Part shown: positions 27,950 to 38,395 of the stretch, one piece after another
Layout of the letters: the number at the start of each line of letters is the position of its first letter
Numbering within the stretch: position 1 is the first letter of the stretch
From: Flavobacteriaceae bacterium
GTDB lineage: Bacteria > Bacteroidota > Bacteroidia > Flavobacteriales > Flavobacteriaceae
Assembly: GCA_029245825.1 (NCBI GenBank)
Contig: JAQWON010000011.1
Location: forward strand, 1-54,064
Length of the DNA: 54,064 nt
Direction: 5' to 3'
The notes under the pieces: generated by a model
Database searches by the model: none
Told to the model about the DNA's origin: nothing
Seen by the model: only the letters and a program-made list of their open reading frames with translations
Translations under genes and position numbers: made by a program

Positions 27950-30267
27950 AAACCTAATTCTTTTAAATTTGTTTTCTTCCTTGATTTTATCTTTTTAGGG
28001 GATAACATGTTTTCACAGTCTATATTAATAGTCAACTTTTCAGGCTCTTCAAAATCATCAACCGAAATTTCTAGCTCTGGAATTTCATAAGCCCTCTTCA
28101 TATAAAGAGCCCATATAGGAAGAGCCATAGTAGCTCCTTGCCCAAAAGCAATTTCTTCAAAATGTACAGATCGATCTTCTCCTCCAACCCAAACTCCCGA
28201 AACCAAATTAGGCACCATGCCTATAAACCATCCATCACTTTGATTTTGAGTTGTACCTGTTTTACCAGCTATAGGATTATCAAAAATGTAGGGATATCCA
28301 GTTACAACATTCTCATAAACATAGTTTGTTTTTTCTAAACCAGCATGTCTTAATCTACCTCCAGATCCATATTTTGTAACTCCTTTAAGCAAATTTATTG
28401 TAACGTAAGCAGCTTCTTGACTAATAACATCTGTTGTGTTAGGGACAACTTCAAAAAGGGGCATGCCATTTTTATTTTCAATTCTAGTAATTATTATAGG
28501 TTCAATATAAATTCCTTTATTTACAAAGGTCCCGTATGCTCCAACCATTTCAAAAAGGCTAATGTCAGGTGTCCCCAAGGCTATTGAAGGAACGTTTGGT
28601 AAACGAGAAGTTACTCCAGTTTTTCTGACTAGATCAATTACAGGTTTAGGACCAACCATATCCATTATTCTTGCGCTAACAGTATTAACAGAATTTGCTA
28701 AAGCATTTTTTAGTGTCCTCATTCTACCATACCTATCGCCTGAATTTTTAGGACACCACGGGTCAATATTTCCATGTTTCATTGCGTCTATGCAATAAAG
28801 TGCATCAGGTAATGAATCGCAAGGAGATAATTTTAATTGATCAATTGCAGTTGCATACAAAAAAGGTTTAAAAGTTGAACCAATTTGTCTCCTGCCTTGT
28901 TTAACTTGATCATATTGGAAATGTTTGTAATTAAATCCTCCCACCCATGTCTTAACATGTCCTGTTTGAGGGTCCATAGACATTAGGGAGGCTCTTAAAA
29001 AATGCTTATAATAACGGATTGAATCCATTGGAGTCATAACAGTATCTATTTCCCTATCCCAACTAAAAATAGTCATAGGAGTTTTTTTAAAAAAACTATT
29101 GAAAATCTGATCATCTGTTAGTCCAAGATTAGACATTTTTCTCCATCTTTCACTCCTCCTTGCAGTCCTCTCTAAAAGAGTGTCTATTTCTCCCTCTCTT
29201 AGATTAAGAAATGGTGCTGTCGGATTAATTTCTTCTGTGTTTTGATTAAAAAATTCCTTTTGAAGATTTTTCATATGCTCTGAAACAGATTCTTCACCAA
29301 TAATCTGTAGCCTGGAATCTATAGTGGTATATATTTTGAGTCCATCCCTATATAAATTATATGTTGATCCATCTGCTTTATAGTTTTTTTTAGTCCACTT
29401 CTTCATAAAATCCTGTAAGTATGCACGAAAGTAAGTGGCGAGACCCTCCCGATGAGATTCCGGAGTAAACTTAATCTCTAAATCAAGCATGCTAAGTGAG
29501 TCTTTTTCTCTCTTAGTAAGTAATTTGTTCCTGTACATCTGCTGAAAAACAACATTCCTTCTTTTTGTAACAAGTTCTGGTCTTCTAATAGGATTGTAAA
29601 GTGAGGAGTTTTTTAGCATTCCAACTAAAGTAGCGGATTGTTCTATGGTGAGATTTTCTGGATTACTATCAAAAAATATTTTTGCGGCAGATCTTACTCC
29701 ATCAGCGTTGTATCCAAAGTCATAAATATTTAAATACATAGCTATAATTTCTTCTTTTGTATATCTTCTCTCCAATTGAATGGAAAGAACCCATTCTTTT
29801 ATCTTTTGAATTATTGCTTCTTTTTTATTTCTTGAACGCACTCCAACAAAAAGTTGCCTTGCTAATTGTTGGGTAATTGTACTGGCTCCTCCTCTTTCTC
29901 CTAAAAAATAAATTGCTCTTAATGTAGCATACCAATCAATCCCTGAATGATCATAATACCTTTCATCTTCTGTCGCAATTAATGCCTGAACAATATTTTT
30001 TGGAAGCCCTTCATATGTTATCGGAGTCCTATTATCGTTATAATAAAACTTGCCTAATACAACTCCATCAGATGAAATAATTTGAGTCGCTAAGTTAGTT
30101 TTAGGGTTCTCTAATTGCTCAAATGCTGGCATTTCTCCCAAATAACCGAGCGCAGTGTATATAAATATGCCGATGAAAAGACAAATACCTATCAAAAAGG
30201 AAGCCCAAAATAGGGTGATTTGAATTTTATATTTGTCATTATTTATAAATTTGAATGACTTTTTCAT
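27946..30267 (-). CDS. mrcA: Class A penicillin-binding protein 1A (glycosyltransferase + transpeptidase)
   Basis: The GT51 motifs are ATEDERYYDHSGID and GASTITQQLAR. The transpeptidase motifs are STFKP, SVN and KTGTT. Confidence 0.9.
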   Translation of the reverse strand: MKKSFKFINNDKYKIQITLFWASFLIGICLFIGIFIYTALGYLGEMPAFEQLENPKTNLATQIISSDGVVLGKFYYNDNRTPITYEGLPKNIVQALIATEDERYYDHSGIDWYATLRAIYFLGERGGASTITQQLARQLFVGVRSRNKKEAIIQKIKEWVLSIQLERRYTKEEIIAMYLNIYDFGYNADGVRSAAKIFFDSNPENLTIEQSATLVGMLKNSSLYNPIRRPELVTKRRNVVFQQMYRNKLLTKREKDSLSMLDLEIKFTPESHREGLATYFRAYLQDFMKKWTKKNYKADGSTYNLYRDGLKIYTTIDSRLQIIGEESVSEHMKNLQKEFFNQNTEEINPTAPFLNLREGEIDTLLERTARRSERWRKMSNLGLTDDQIFNSFFKKTPMTIFSWDREIDTVMTPMDSIRYYKHFLRASLMSMDPQTGHVKTWVGGFNYKHFQYDQVKQGRRQIGSTFKPFLYATAIDQLKLSPCDSLPDALYCIDAMKHGNIDPWCPKNSGDRYGRMRTLKNALANSVNTVSARIMDMVGPKPVIDLVRKTGVTSRLPNVPSIALGTPDISLFEMVGAYGTFVNKGIYIEPIIITRIENKNGMPLFEVVPNTTDVISQEAAYVTINLLKGVTKYGSGGRLRHAGLEKTNYVYENVVTGYPYIFDNPIAGKTGTTQNQSDGWFIGMVPNLVSGVWVGGEDRSVHFEEIAFGQGATMALPIWALYMKRAYEIPELEISVDDFEEPEKLTINIDCENMLSPKKIKSRKKTNLKELGF

Positions 30268-30776
30268 TAATTTTTATTTGTTATTTCTATGGACAATCCA
30301 ACACCTACTATTCCTTCTAAGTTTTCAATACCATTTTCTATTCCATTTGACCTAACAGCTTGTTCAATAACTACATTTATTTTTTTCCCTTTTGGGATAA
30401 TAAAATCCTCTTTCCACCAAAGCCTACTCTCCTTGACTTCTGTAAATCCATCACCTAACCAATTCCCTTTAGAATCAGCTAATTCATACTCCAGAGTATC
30501 ACGGGAAAAAAGTTTTCCTTCTACCTCAATTGAAGCTATCAGAAAAATGTTAGAAAAAGCATAGCTGTTATCATTTCTAATATGAATAATAAAGTTTGCT
30601 GTTTTTTCAGAAAATGGTGAGATCATAAATTTTGCTTTATCACTAGCCCCCCATCCATAATTAAAGTTTTTATATTCAATAATAGTATTACTGTTAGAAC
30701 AGGAAAAAAGGATAAAAGTGAAGAAATAAAAAGATCTAAAAATCTTGTTATTTAAGTTCATTTTTTTGAAAATCAT
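30267..30776 (-). CDS. gldH: Gliding-motility lipoprotein GldH
   Basis: Lipobox ILFSCSNS. IHIRNDNSYAFSNIFL and LADSKGNWLGDG patterns. Its stop shares one nucleotide with the PBP1A start. Confidence 0.7.
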   Translation of the reverse strand: MIFKKMNLNNKIFRSFYFFTFILFSCSNSNTIIEYKNFNYGWGASDKAKFMISPFSEKTANFIIHIRNDNSYAFSNIFLIASIEVEGKLFSRDTLEYELADSKGNWLGDGFTEVKESRLWWKEDFIIPKGKKINVVIEQAVRSNGIENGIENLEGIVGVGLSIEITNKN

Positions 30777-31804
30777 GTTTTATACTTTAAGGTTTTTGAT
30801 CTTCCTTTCTTAAAAACTTTATGGCTATTTTTTTTTGCCTTTCTCAGTGATTTCTGTTTTTCATAGGGAAGATTTATTATTTTTTGGCAATCTAAAGAAC
30901 AGCAGCCATCATAAGTTTTGCTACAATCTGAACATTGAATAAATAATAGGTTGCACGCAGGGTTAGTACAATTTACATGAGAATCACAAGAAGCGTTACA
31001 TAAATGACAGTTTGATATTATATCTTTAGAAATTCTTTCCCCTTTTCTTTCATCAAAAACAAAATTTATACCCTTGAATTTATTTTCCAGCTTCATTTCT
31101 CTAGCCTGTCTAGCATATTCTATGACACCCCCCTTCATTTGAAAAACCTTTTTAAATCCCTTTTGTTTAAAATAAGCACTTGCTTTTTCACACCTTATTC
31201 CTCCTGTACAATACAGAAGAAAATTTTTGTTATTTTTTTCATTAAAAAATGTTTTTTCAATTAATGGAAGAGACTCCCTAAAAGTATCAACATCTGGAAT
31301 AATTGCATTTTTAAAATGTCCTACTTCACTCTCATAATGATTTCTCATATCAATACATATAGTATCTTTTTTTTCAAGCAGCTTATTAAATTCAGAAGCA
31401 TCAACATAAGTCCCTCGTTTAGATAAATCAATTTTTTGGCTTTCAAGTCCATCAGCAACTATTTTATTCTTAACCTTAATAGTAAGCTTTAAAAAAGATT
31501 TATTTTCATTCACAAGCGCATAATTCAAAGGAATATTTTTTAAAAAAGTTATCTTATCAAGCTCGTTTCTTAAGAAAGGAAGGTTCTCAAGTGGTAATGA
31601 AATTTGAGCGTTTATCCCTTCACTTGCAATATAAATTCTGCCCAAAACATCAATAGCTGAAAGCTTAACATATAAATAATTTCTAAAGATTTTTGGATTG
31701 CCTAAATATGAATACTTATAAAATGATAATACAATTCTATTTTTCCCAGATTTATCAATTAAATCGGATTGTTCTTTTATGTTTAATTTGTTATAAAATT
31801 GCAT
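30773..31804 (-). CDS. trhO: Rhodanese-domain tRNA uridine(34) hydroxylase (UPF0176/YceA family) with C-terminal Cys-rich extension
   Basis: VLSFYKY, GRIYIASEGINAQIS, the rhodanese loop LLYCTGGIRCEKAS, and the C-terminal CHLCNASCDSHVNCTNPACN..CSDCS. Confidence 0.85.
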   Translation of the reverse strand: MQFYNKLNIKEQSDLIDKSGKNRIVLSFYKYSYLGNPKIFRNYLYVKLSAIDVLGRIYIASEGINAQISLPLENLPFLRNELDKITFLKNIPLNYALVNENKSFLKLTIKVKNKIVADGLESQKIDLSKRGTYVDASEFNKLLEKKDTICIDMRNHYESEVGHFKNAIIPDVDTFRESLPLIEKTFFNEKNNKNFLLYCTGGIRCEKASAYFKQKGFKKVFQMKGGVIEYARQAREMKLENKFKGINFVFDERKGERISKDIISNCHLCNASCDSHVNCTNPACNLLFIQCSDCSKTYDGCCSLDCQKIINLPYEKQKSLRKAKKNSHKVFKKGRSKTLKYKT

Positions 31805-31850
31805 TCGCTTGTGTCATTAGATAAGTTGTAAAATTACAAAAAGATATTTT

Positions 31851-31895
31851 TTAACAATTTTATCGTTCTAAAAAAATAAAGTTTAAAATTGTTAA
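31851..31895. promoter_or_regulatory. 12-bp perfect inverted repeat in the trhO-recA divergent intergenic region (candidate operator)
   Basis: ttaacaatttta (31851-31862) and taaaattgttaa (31884-31895) are exact reverse complements, separated by 21 nt. The repeat lies about 65 nt upstream of the recA ATG. Confidence 0.2.
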
Positions 31896-31958
31896 TAATA
31901 GATAGTATTCTATTTTGTGAAGAAATCATATTAGTATTACATTAGCATAAAAGGTAAC

Positions 31959-32966
31959 ATGTCAGATTTAAAAAACGCAAAATTAAAAGCTCTACAATTA
32001 ACACTTGACAAGTTAGATAAAACATACGGTAAAGGAACCGTTATGAAACTTGGGGAGGCGAGCGGCGAAGAAATTGAATCTATTCCTTCAGGATCAATTG
32101 GTCTGGATCACGCTATGGGAGTTGGCGGTTATCCAAAGGGGCGTATAATAGAAATATACGGTCCAGAATCCTCGGGAAAAACCACCCTTACTTTGCATGC
32201 AATTGCTGAGTGTCAGAAGGCGGGGGGAATTTGTGCTTTTATTGATGCTGAACATGCATTTGACCGTTTTTATGCTGAAAAGCTAGGAATAGATCTTGGA
32301 GAACTAATTATATCGCAGCCAGATCATGGAGAACAAGGTCTTGAAATTACTGACAATTTAATTCGCTCTGGAGCAGTTGATCTTGTTGTTATTGACTCAG
32401 TTGCTGCATTAACTCCAAAAAGTGAGATAGAAGGAGAAATGGGAGATTCAAAAATGGGATTGCATGCACGATTAATGTCACAAGCTCTAAGAAAATTAAC
32501 TGGTTCAATTAGTAAAACAAAATGTGCTGTTTTTTTTATTAATCAACTCCGTGAAAAAATTGGAGTGATGTTTGGTAACCCTGAAACAACTACTGGTGGA
32601 AATGCCTTAAAATTCTATGCCTCTGTCAGATTAGATATTAGAAGGTCTACTCAAATTAAAGGTCCTGATGCCGAGGTTCTTGGAAACAGAACTAGAGTTA
32701 AGGTTGTTAAAAATAAAGTCGCGCCTCCTTTCAAGACAACTGAGTTTGATATAATGTATGGAGAGGGTATTTCCAAAATAGGAGAAATTCTTGATTTGGG
32801 GGTAAATAATGAAATCATTAAAAAAAGTGGCTCTTGGTTTAGTTATGGTGAAACAAAGCTAGGGCAAGGGAGAGATACGGTTAAAATACTTTTTCAAGAC
32901 AATCCAGAGCTTTTAGAAGAACTTGAGGGGAAGATTATGTCTTCACTCAAAAGTGATGCAGAATAA
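31959..32966 (+). CDS. recA: Recombinase RecA
   Basis: [17 protein letters not shown] (Walker A), [51 protein letters not shown]. Confidence 0.97.
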   Translation: MSDLKNAKLKALQLTLDKLDKTYGKGTVMKLGEASGEEIESIPSGSIGLDHAMGVGGYPKGRIIEIYGPESSGKTTLTLHAIAECQKAGGICAFIDAEHAFDRFYAEKLGIDLGELIISQPDHGEQGLEITDNLIRSGAVDLVVIDSVAALTPKSEIEGEMGDSKMGLHARLMSQALRKLTGSISKTKCAVFFINQLREKIGVMFGNPETTTGGNALKFYASVRLDIRRSTQIKGPDAEVLGNRTRVKVVKNKVAPPFKTTEFDIMYGEGISKIGEILDLGVNNEIIKKSGSWFSYGETKLGQGRDTVKILFQDNPELLEELEGKIMSSLKSDAE

Positions 32967-32967
32967 T

Positions 32968-33765
32968 TTAAGATATTTTATTAATTCGTTTCCAAGTATC
33001 TATTGCTTCAAGCGCTGATCTTTCAGGATCTTTTCTTAACTCAGAATCTATGAGATTATAAATTTTATTTTGCGTTTTTGGTATATCTTTTTCAATCATT
33101 CCTTTTGTCAAAACTGAAGGGTAAACATTAACTCTTAATTTCCCCGGGTATCCATGTGTTGTATACCACGGTTGTTTCCTTTTACAATCAAAAAAGACCG
33201 TCGGAACTATTGGGAACTGATGGAAAACAGCAATTTTAAATGCTCCGTGTTTGAAAGGATTTAACAAAATTGTTTCATCAAAGTAATTTTTCTCTGGAAA
33301 AATACATACACTGTAACCTTTGTCAAGAACATTGTCTGCCCTGCTATAAACCCCATATCTGCTCTTAGAACTACTCCTATCAACCATAATAGCAGCTCGT
33401 TTATATATATAGCCAAAAAGAGGTATTTTAACAAGCTCTTTTTTTCCCACAAACACAAACGGTTTTTTAAAAACTCGTAGCATAACAAAAGGATCAATAT
33501 AACTTGTGTGATTTGCAACAAACATATATTGTTGATTTTTATTTATTTCCCCTTTATATTTAATTTCCAACCAAAAACCCATTCCATATAAAATAATTGG
33601 GGCCCAAATATTTCTTGCTATCCAAAAAATGTGTTTATAAAAATTTGGCAGAAATAATATAAAAACCAAAATAGGGAAAAGAAAAATTATTGGTATAGAT
33701 GCCAACAAATAAAACCAGATACGCCAAAGAATTAATAAAACTCTTCTCACTTTATAAAAATACAA
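32968..33765 (-). CDS. plsC: 1-acyl-sn-glycerol-3-phosphate acyltransferase family (lysophospholipid acyltransferase)
   Basis: The HX4D block is ANHTSYIDP. There is also an FPE block (CIFPEKN) and N-terminal TM helices. Confidence 0.75.
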   Translation of the reverse strand: MYFYKVRRVLLILWRIWFYLLASIPIIFLFPILVFILFLPNFYKHIFWIARNIWAPIILYGMGFWLEIKYKGEINKNQQYMFVANHTSYIDPFVMLRVFKKPFVFVGKKELVKIPLFGYIYKRAAIMVDRSSSKSRYGVYSRADNVLDKGYSVCIFPEKNYFDETILLNPFKHGAFKIAVFHQFPIVPTVFFDCKRKQPWYTTHGYPGKLRVNVYPSVLTKGMIEKDIPKTQNKIYNLIDSELRKDPERSALEAIDTWKRINKIS

Positions 33766-33801
33766 TTTTAAACTCTCCTCAATAAGCTTTGAAAAGAAAG
33801 T

Positions 33802-33831
33802 TTGTACAACTAAGGAAATAAAATATCTTTG
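33802..33831 (+). promoter_or_regulatory. Bacteroidetes-type promoter candidate for trpS
   Basis: TTG at 33802-33804, a 19-nt spacer, and TATCTTTG (TAnnTTTG) at 33824-33831. The ATG lies 17 nt downstream. Confidence 0.3.
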
Positions 33832-33848
33832 TTAAAGAGCTAACAAAA

Positions 33849-34817
33849 ATGGCCAGAATATTAACAGGCGTACAATCAACAGGCGTTCCTCATCTTGGGA
33901 ATCTCCTTGGCGCAGTTTTACCAGCAATAGAATTATCAAAAAACAAAAAAAATGAATGCTTTTTCTTTATTGCTGATCTTCATTCCCTTACTCAAATAAA
34001 AGAAGCTGCATTGCTAAAAAAAAACACTTTATTAACAGCTGCAACATGGCTCGCTTGTGGATTGGATACAAAAAGAACCGTATTTTATAAACAGAGTGAT
34101 GTAAGTGAAGTTAGTGAATTAGCATGGTTTTTAAGCTGTTTTTTCCCTTATCAAAGATTAACTTTAGCACACTCTTTCAAAGACAAAAAAAATAATTTAA
34201 GAGATGTGAATGCAGGGATTTTTTCATATCCTCTTCTCATGGCCGCTGACATTCTCCTTTATGATGCAGAAATTGTCCCTGTTGGTAAAGATCAATTGCA
34301 ACATCTAGAAATGACAAGAGATGTAGCTTCACGATTTAACCAAAAAATGGGGAAAACTCTTGTTTTGCCTAATGCCAAACTAGAAAAAAACACTCATTTT
34401 GTTCCCGGAACAGACGGAGCTAAAATGAGTAAATCAAAAAATAATGTTATAAATATCTTTCTCCCTGAAAAAGATTTGAAAAAACAAATAATGTCTATTA
34501 AAACAGATAGTACTCCTGTAGAATCTCCTAAAGATCCTGAAATATGTAATGTTTTTAAAATATTTAAGTTAATTGCGCCAATAAAAAATATTTCAGAAAT
34601 GAAAGAGAAATACTTAAAAGGGGGGATGGGTTATGGTGATGCCAAAAAACAGCTCTTAGATATGATTTTAAATAAATTTAGGAAAGAAAGAGAAAAATTT
34701 AATTACTATTGCTCTAATCCTGAAGAAGTAAATATAGCTCTTTCAAAAGGAGCTATTAAAGCCCGAAAAGTTTCAAAAGAAGTGCTCCTTAGGGTTCGAA
34801 AAAATACTGGATATTAA
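33849..34817 (+). CDS. trpS: Tryptophan--tRNA ligase
   Basis: The class I motifs are the HIGH-like GVPHLGN and KMSKS (GAKMSKS). GKDQLQHLEMTRD is also present. 322 aa. Confidence 0.95.
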   Translation: MARILTGVQSTGVPHLGNLLGAVLPAIELSKNKKNECFFFIADLHSLTQIKEAALLKKNTLLTAATWLACGLDTKRTVFYKQSDVSEVSELAWFLSCFFPYQRLTLAHSFKDKKNNLRDVNAGIFSYPLLMAADILLYDAEIVPVGKDQLQHLEMTRDVASRFNQKMGKTLVLPNAKLEKNTHFVPGTDGAKMSKSKNNVINIFLPEKDLKKQIMSIKTDSTPVESPKDPEICNVFKIFKLIAPIKNISEMKEKYLKGGMGYGDAKKQLLDMILNKFRKEREKFNYYCSNPEEVNIALSKGAIKARKVSKEVLLRVRKNTGY

Positions 34818-34881
34818 TTTCTATTTAAAATATATAAATGACCAAAACGTTATTAAAAGGTATATATTTTAGTATTTTTGA

Positions 34882-35850
34882 ATGATGTTGATCAAGCAAT
34901 ATATCAAAGAGTTGCTCTATGTTCATGAATGTGTTACAATTCCCAGTTTGGGGGCGTTTCTAACTCAATCAAATAGAGCATATGTAGATTATGAAGTTGG
35001 TGACTTTGAACCTCCAAAAAAAATTATTGGTTTCAATATATTACTTAAAAATAATGATGGTGTTTTAGCTAATCATTTGGCAAAAAAAGAAAAAATTTCT
35101 TATGAAAAAGCCATAAAAAAAATTGAAAAAGAAGTGATAATATGGAAACAAAGACTTAATACTCAAAATTTATTTTTCCCTGGAATTGGGGAAATGAAAT
35201 TAACTTATGATAAGAAAATAGAATTTTTCCCTTCTAGGCAAATAAATTTTGATTCTAATTCTTTTGGATTAAAGCCCTTTAATAGGAGTCCAATAAAAAA
35301 AATACTGCCGTTTTCAGATAATAAAAAATTATTTCATATGGATAATCAAACAAAAGACGATTTAATGTTTACACCTGAGGAAAAAAAATCAAAAAATCCT
35401 CTTTTAAAATACGCTGCAATTGCTGTTTTAACGATAGCGTTAATTGGGGCTTCATATTATTATGGTGACAAATACGTGACTGAGCAGAAATTAGAAGCAA
35501 CTAAAATAGCTCAAAAAAAAATCAAGGATAATGTCTTAAATGCAACATTTGACTTAGGTGCTGTTTCAAAAATAGAATTGAATTTTGACAGTGAAAGTAA
35601 TTATATAGAGACAGCTTCTGAATTCAACTACTATAGTATTATTGCCGGTTCTTTTAGATCAATGTCTAATGCTGAGAAAAAACTTGCATCACTAATAGAA
35701 GAGGGATACAATGCTGACTATAGCAAATCTAGCCTTGAAGGTTTATATCGTGTTGCTTATGGAAGATTTGAGTCAAAAAAAGAAGCCTTAAAACTGCTTA
35801 ATTTTATTAAGTATACTCTTGAGGAAGAAGCTTGGTATCTAGAGGAATAG
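34882..35850 (+). CDS. SPOR-domain protein with N-terminal HU-like domain and a central TM segment
   Basis: N-terminal VTIPSLGAFL pattern, TM segment LLKYAAIAVLTIALIGASYYY, and C-terminal YYSIIAGSFRSMSNAEKKL..GYNADY..YRVAYGRFESKKEA (SPOR). Confidence 0.65.
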   Translation: MMLIKQYIKELLYVHECVTIPSLGAFLTQSNRAYVDYEVGDFEPPKKIIGFNILLKNNDGVLANHLAKKEKISYEKAIKKIEKEVIIWKQRLNTQNLFFPGIGEMKLTYDKKIEFFPSRQINFDSNSFGLKPFNRSPIKKILPFSDNKKLFHMDNQTKDDLMFTPEEKKSKNPLLKYAAIAVLTIALIGASYYYGDKYVTEQKLEATKIAQKKIKDNVLNATFDLGAVSKIELNFDSESNYIETASEFNYYSIIAGSFRSMSNAEKKLASLIEEGYNADYSKSSLEGLYRVAYGRFESKKEALKLLNFIKYTLEEEAWYLEE

Positions 35851-35854
35851 TTTA

Positions 35855-37072
35855 TTACATTTTATAAATCCATGTTTTTGGATTTATTGGTTTGATCCCC
35901 TCAAAAATTCCAAACTGTAGTGTAGTTTTCCCGCTATTAGGATGAGTGAATGCTTCTCCTATAACTTGTTTAGATAGAATTTCATCTCCTTTTTTTACAA
36001 AGACCTTCCCGATATTTTTGTAGGTTGATATATAATTACCATGTCTAATTAATATTGTGGGGTTGCTCCCCTTAAAACTTAATATCGACATCACTTCCCC
36101 ATTAAAAACAGCTCTTATGCTGGCATTTTTAACTGTTGCTATTGTAACACCATTACTTTTTATGATTGCAGTCTTAATGATTGGATGAGGTTGTTTTCCA
36201 AAATCTTGAATAACAATACCCTTTTCAACAGGCCAAGGTAATTTGCCTTTATTTAAAACAAAATTTTTAGACAACGTCTTCAATTCAGGCGTTAAATTAA
36301 ATTCATTTGATAAAGGATCTTTATTTTTATTTGATTCGGCAATAGCCTCCTTAATTAATCGATCAATTTCAAGGTCAATAGCAGCTGACCGTTTTTGTTT
36401 TTTCTTAATTTCTGAAGCTAAAGAAATTCCTTTTCTTTTTAAAGATAAGATAATGTCTTCCTGAAATCTTTGCTCTTTTTCCAACACTTCTTTAATTTGT
36501 TTATTATCATTAACTATTTCTTTTTTCTTATTTCTTTGATTCGTTAAAATACCATTCGTTTCTTCTATTGTCTTTGCTTTTTCAACTATCTTTTTTCCTT
36601 GATTAATTCTATATTCAGAATATTGCTGTAGATATTGCAATCTTTTATAGGCTTGCAAAAAATTTTCAGAAGAAAAAAGAAACATCAGTCTACTTTTTGA
36701 TGACTTGCTTTGATATGAATTCTGAATCATTTTAGCATAATCATTCTTTAGCCTTTTTAATTCATCACTAAGATTACTTCTTTTTCTTTCATTAAGATTA
36801 ATTTGATTTTGTAAAATATTTGCCTGTTTATTATTTGTTGCTATTAGTTTCATTCTGACTGAAATTTTCAAGCCTAAGTCTTCAGTCTGAGAAATAAGGC
36901 TTTTTTCTTTTTTTATATTCTGAAAAAGGAGTGAATTAATTTGTCTAATCTCATCTTGAAGCTTTTTCCTTTGAAATTCAAGTTGATTTTGCTTTTCTAA
37001 ATAGTTTTGTGCATTTAAAGTTGTCATAAAACTAGAAAGAAAGACAATTAGAATTAATCTAATAAAAATCAT
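35855..37072 (-). CDS. M23-family peptidase / murein hydrolase activator (EnvC-like) with long coiled coil
   Basis: Signal peptide and a Q/K/E-rich coiled coil. C-terminal LytM block KSNGVTIAT..AVFNGEV..ILIRHGNYISTYKNIGKVFVKKGD. Confidence 0.8.
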   Translation of the reverse strand: MIFIRLILIVFLSSFMTTLNAQNYLEKQNQLEFQRKKLQDEIRQINSLLFQNIKKEKSLISQTEDLGLKISVRMKLIATNNKQANILQNQINLNERKRSNLSDELKRLKNDYAKMIQNSYQSKSSKSRLMFLFSSENFLQAYKRLQYLQQYSEYRINQGKKIVEKAKTIEETNGILTNQRNKKKEIVNDNKQIKEVLEKEQRFQEDIILSLKRKGISLASEIKKKQKRSAAIDLEIDRLIKEAIAESNKNKDPLSNEFNLTPELKTLSKNFVLNKGKLPWPVEKGIVIQDFGKQPHPIIKTAIIKSNGVTIATVKNASIRAVFNGEVMSILSFKGSNPTILIRHGNYISTYKNIGKVFVKKGDEILSKQVIGEAFTHPNSGKTTLQFGIFEGIKPINPKTWIYKM

Positions 37073-37869
37073 TTTTCAATAAAATTTAACGGCTTATATC
37101 CATCAGGAATACTGAATGGCAGGTTCAACTCTTTAGGGAAATCAACTCTAGTATATTCCAAAACTAGTTTTCTATAACCACTATCATATGGAACAACAAA
37201 TTCAATAAGCTTGGGAATATTTTTACCGTCAACTTTCTGAAAATAATTATACTTTATTGTCATATTCTGATTTAATGATCTCAAAAAAAATCTTTGCTCC
37301 ATGAGTAAAAAATTACTTGGATCAAAAAATAAAGTTTGTGTAAAGTCTTTAGCCTTACCGGATGAATTCAAAACATAGAACTTTGGATGTGAAATCCTTT
37401 TCCATTTATTTTCAGTTATATTTATAATTGGATAACCCAACAAAATGTTTTGTAAATCATTAAAGCCAAAATCAATATTAAAAAACTCTTTAATAAATGT
37501 TAACTCTCCCTCATAAAAAGTTCTTTGAAACTTCTCATAGAATGAAATCTTATCAGGAGTCATTAATAATTTACCAATTGGAATTAACATCGTTGCACTA
37601 ATCCAAATAGCTTTTTTATCAATCATTCTTAAGTTTAGAATAATCTGTTGTTTTCTCTTGCCATCGTCATATTCTGTTTTGATCCTAGAACGTATGTTTT
37701 TATAATTCAACTTTGCTTTTGAAATTTCACTGCCTAATTCTTTTATTTTGATATTTTTGATTGGAGTCTTACTAGGAAGGACACTAACTGATTTACATCC
37801 TGTAAGAATAAAGAATATCATTGTTAAGTATGTACAAATCCTTCTAACCCGATATATTTTCTTTATCAT
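37069..37869 (-). CDS. DUF4292-like (LolB-fold) lipoprotein
   Basis: Lipobox FFILTGCKS, about 266 aa. It has a 4-nt overlap with the M23 gene. The call rests on size, context and pattern only. Confidence 0.5.
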   Translation of the reverse strand: MIKKIYRVRRICTYLTMIFFILTGCKSVSVLPSKTPIKNIKIKELGSEISKAKLNYKNIRSRIKTEYDDGKRKQQIILNLRMIDKKAIWISATMLIPIGKLLMTPDKISFYEKFQRTFYEGELTFIKEFFNIDFGFNDLQNILLGYPIINITENKWKRISHPKFYVLNSSGKAKDFTQTLFFDPSNFLLMEQRFFLRSLNQNMTIKYNYFQKVDGKNIPKLIEFVVPYDSGYRKLVLEYTRVDFPKELNLPFSIPDGYKPLNFIEK

Positions 37870-37888
37870 TTTAAAAAATATTTCCTAC

Positions 37889-38323
37889 TTACTTACCGGT
37901 ACTTCCAAACCCTTTTTCACCTCTATTACTTTTAGGTAAAGATTCTAGAACCTCCCATTTAATTTGCTCATGTTTGGAAATTACCATTTGGGCAATCCTG
38001 TCCCCTGAATTTACAACAAATCTCTCATTTGAAAGGTTTATTAATATAATGCCTATTTCTCCCCTATAATCAGAATCAATTGTCCCAGGAGAATTAAGGA
38101 CCGTTATTCCATATTTAATAGCTAAACCACTTCTTGGTCTGATTTGAGCCTCATGTCCTTGAGGTAAAGCAATAAATAGTCCAGTAGGAATTAACTTACG
38201 TTCCATTGGGTAAATAACAATTTTATCAGATAAATTGGCTCTTAAATCTAATCCCGCAGCTAAAGCAGATTGATAAGAGGGTAAATCAAAACTTGATTTA
38301 TTTACAACCGAAATTTTAACCAT
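37889..38323 (-). CDS. dut: dUTP diphosphatase
   Basis: [52 protein letters not shown]. Confidence 0.95.
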   Translation of the reverse strand: MVKISVVNKSSFDLPSYQSALAAGLDLRANLSDKIVIYPMERKLIPTGLFIALPQGHEAQIRPRSGLAIKYGITVLNSPGTIDSDYRGEIGIILINLSNERFVVNSGDRIAQMVISKHEQIKWEVLESLPKSNRGEKGFGSTGK

Positions 38324-38395
38324 ACAAACTTGACTTTTGTATTACCAAAAATACAAAAAGCTTACTTTTTAAAAATACATTTAGCTTTAGAAAAT

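Noticed and set aside
34873-34880. A TATTTTTG -7-like box lies directly before the SPOR-protein ATG.
   Set aside because: The box ends 1 nt before the annotated ATG, so a transcript initiated from it would start inside the ORF. Either the start codon or the promoter call would be wrong, and I cannot decide from sequence alone.
38334-38360. An AT-rich hairpin (cttttgtat / atacaaaaag) lies between atpG and dut and was considered as a possible atp operon terminator.
   Set aside because: The stem is only A/T-rich with a bulge. There is no T-run on the minus (transcribed) strand after it.
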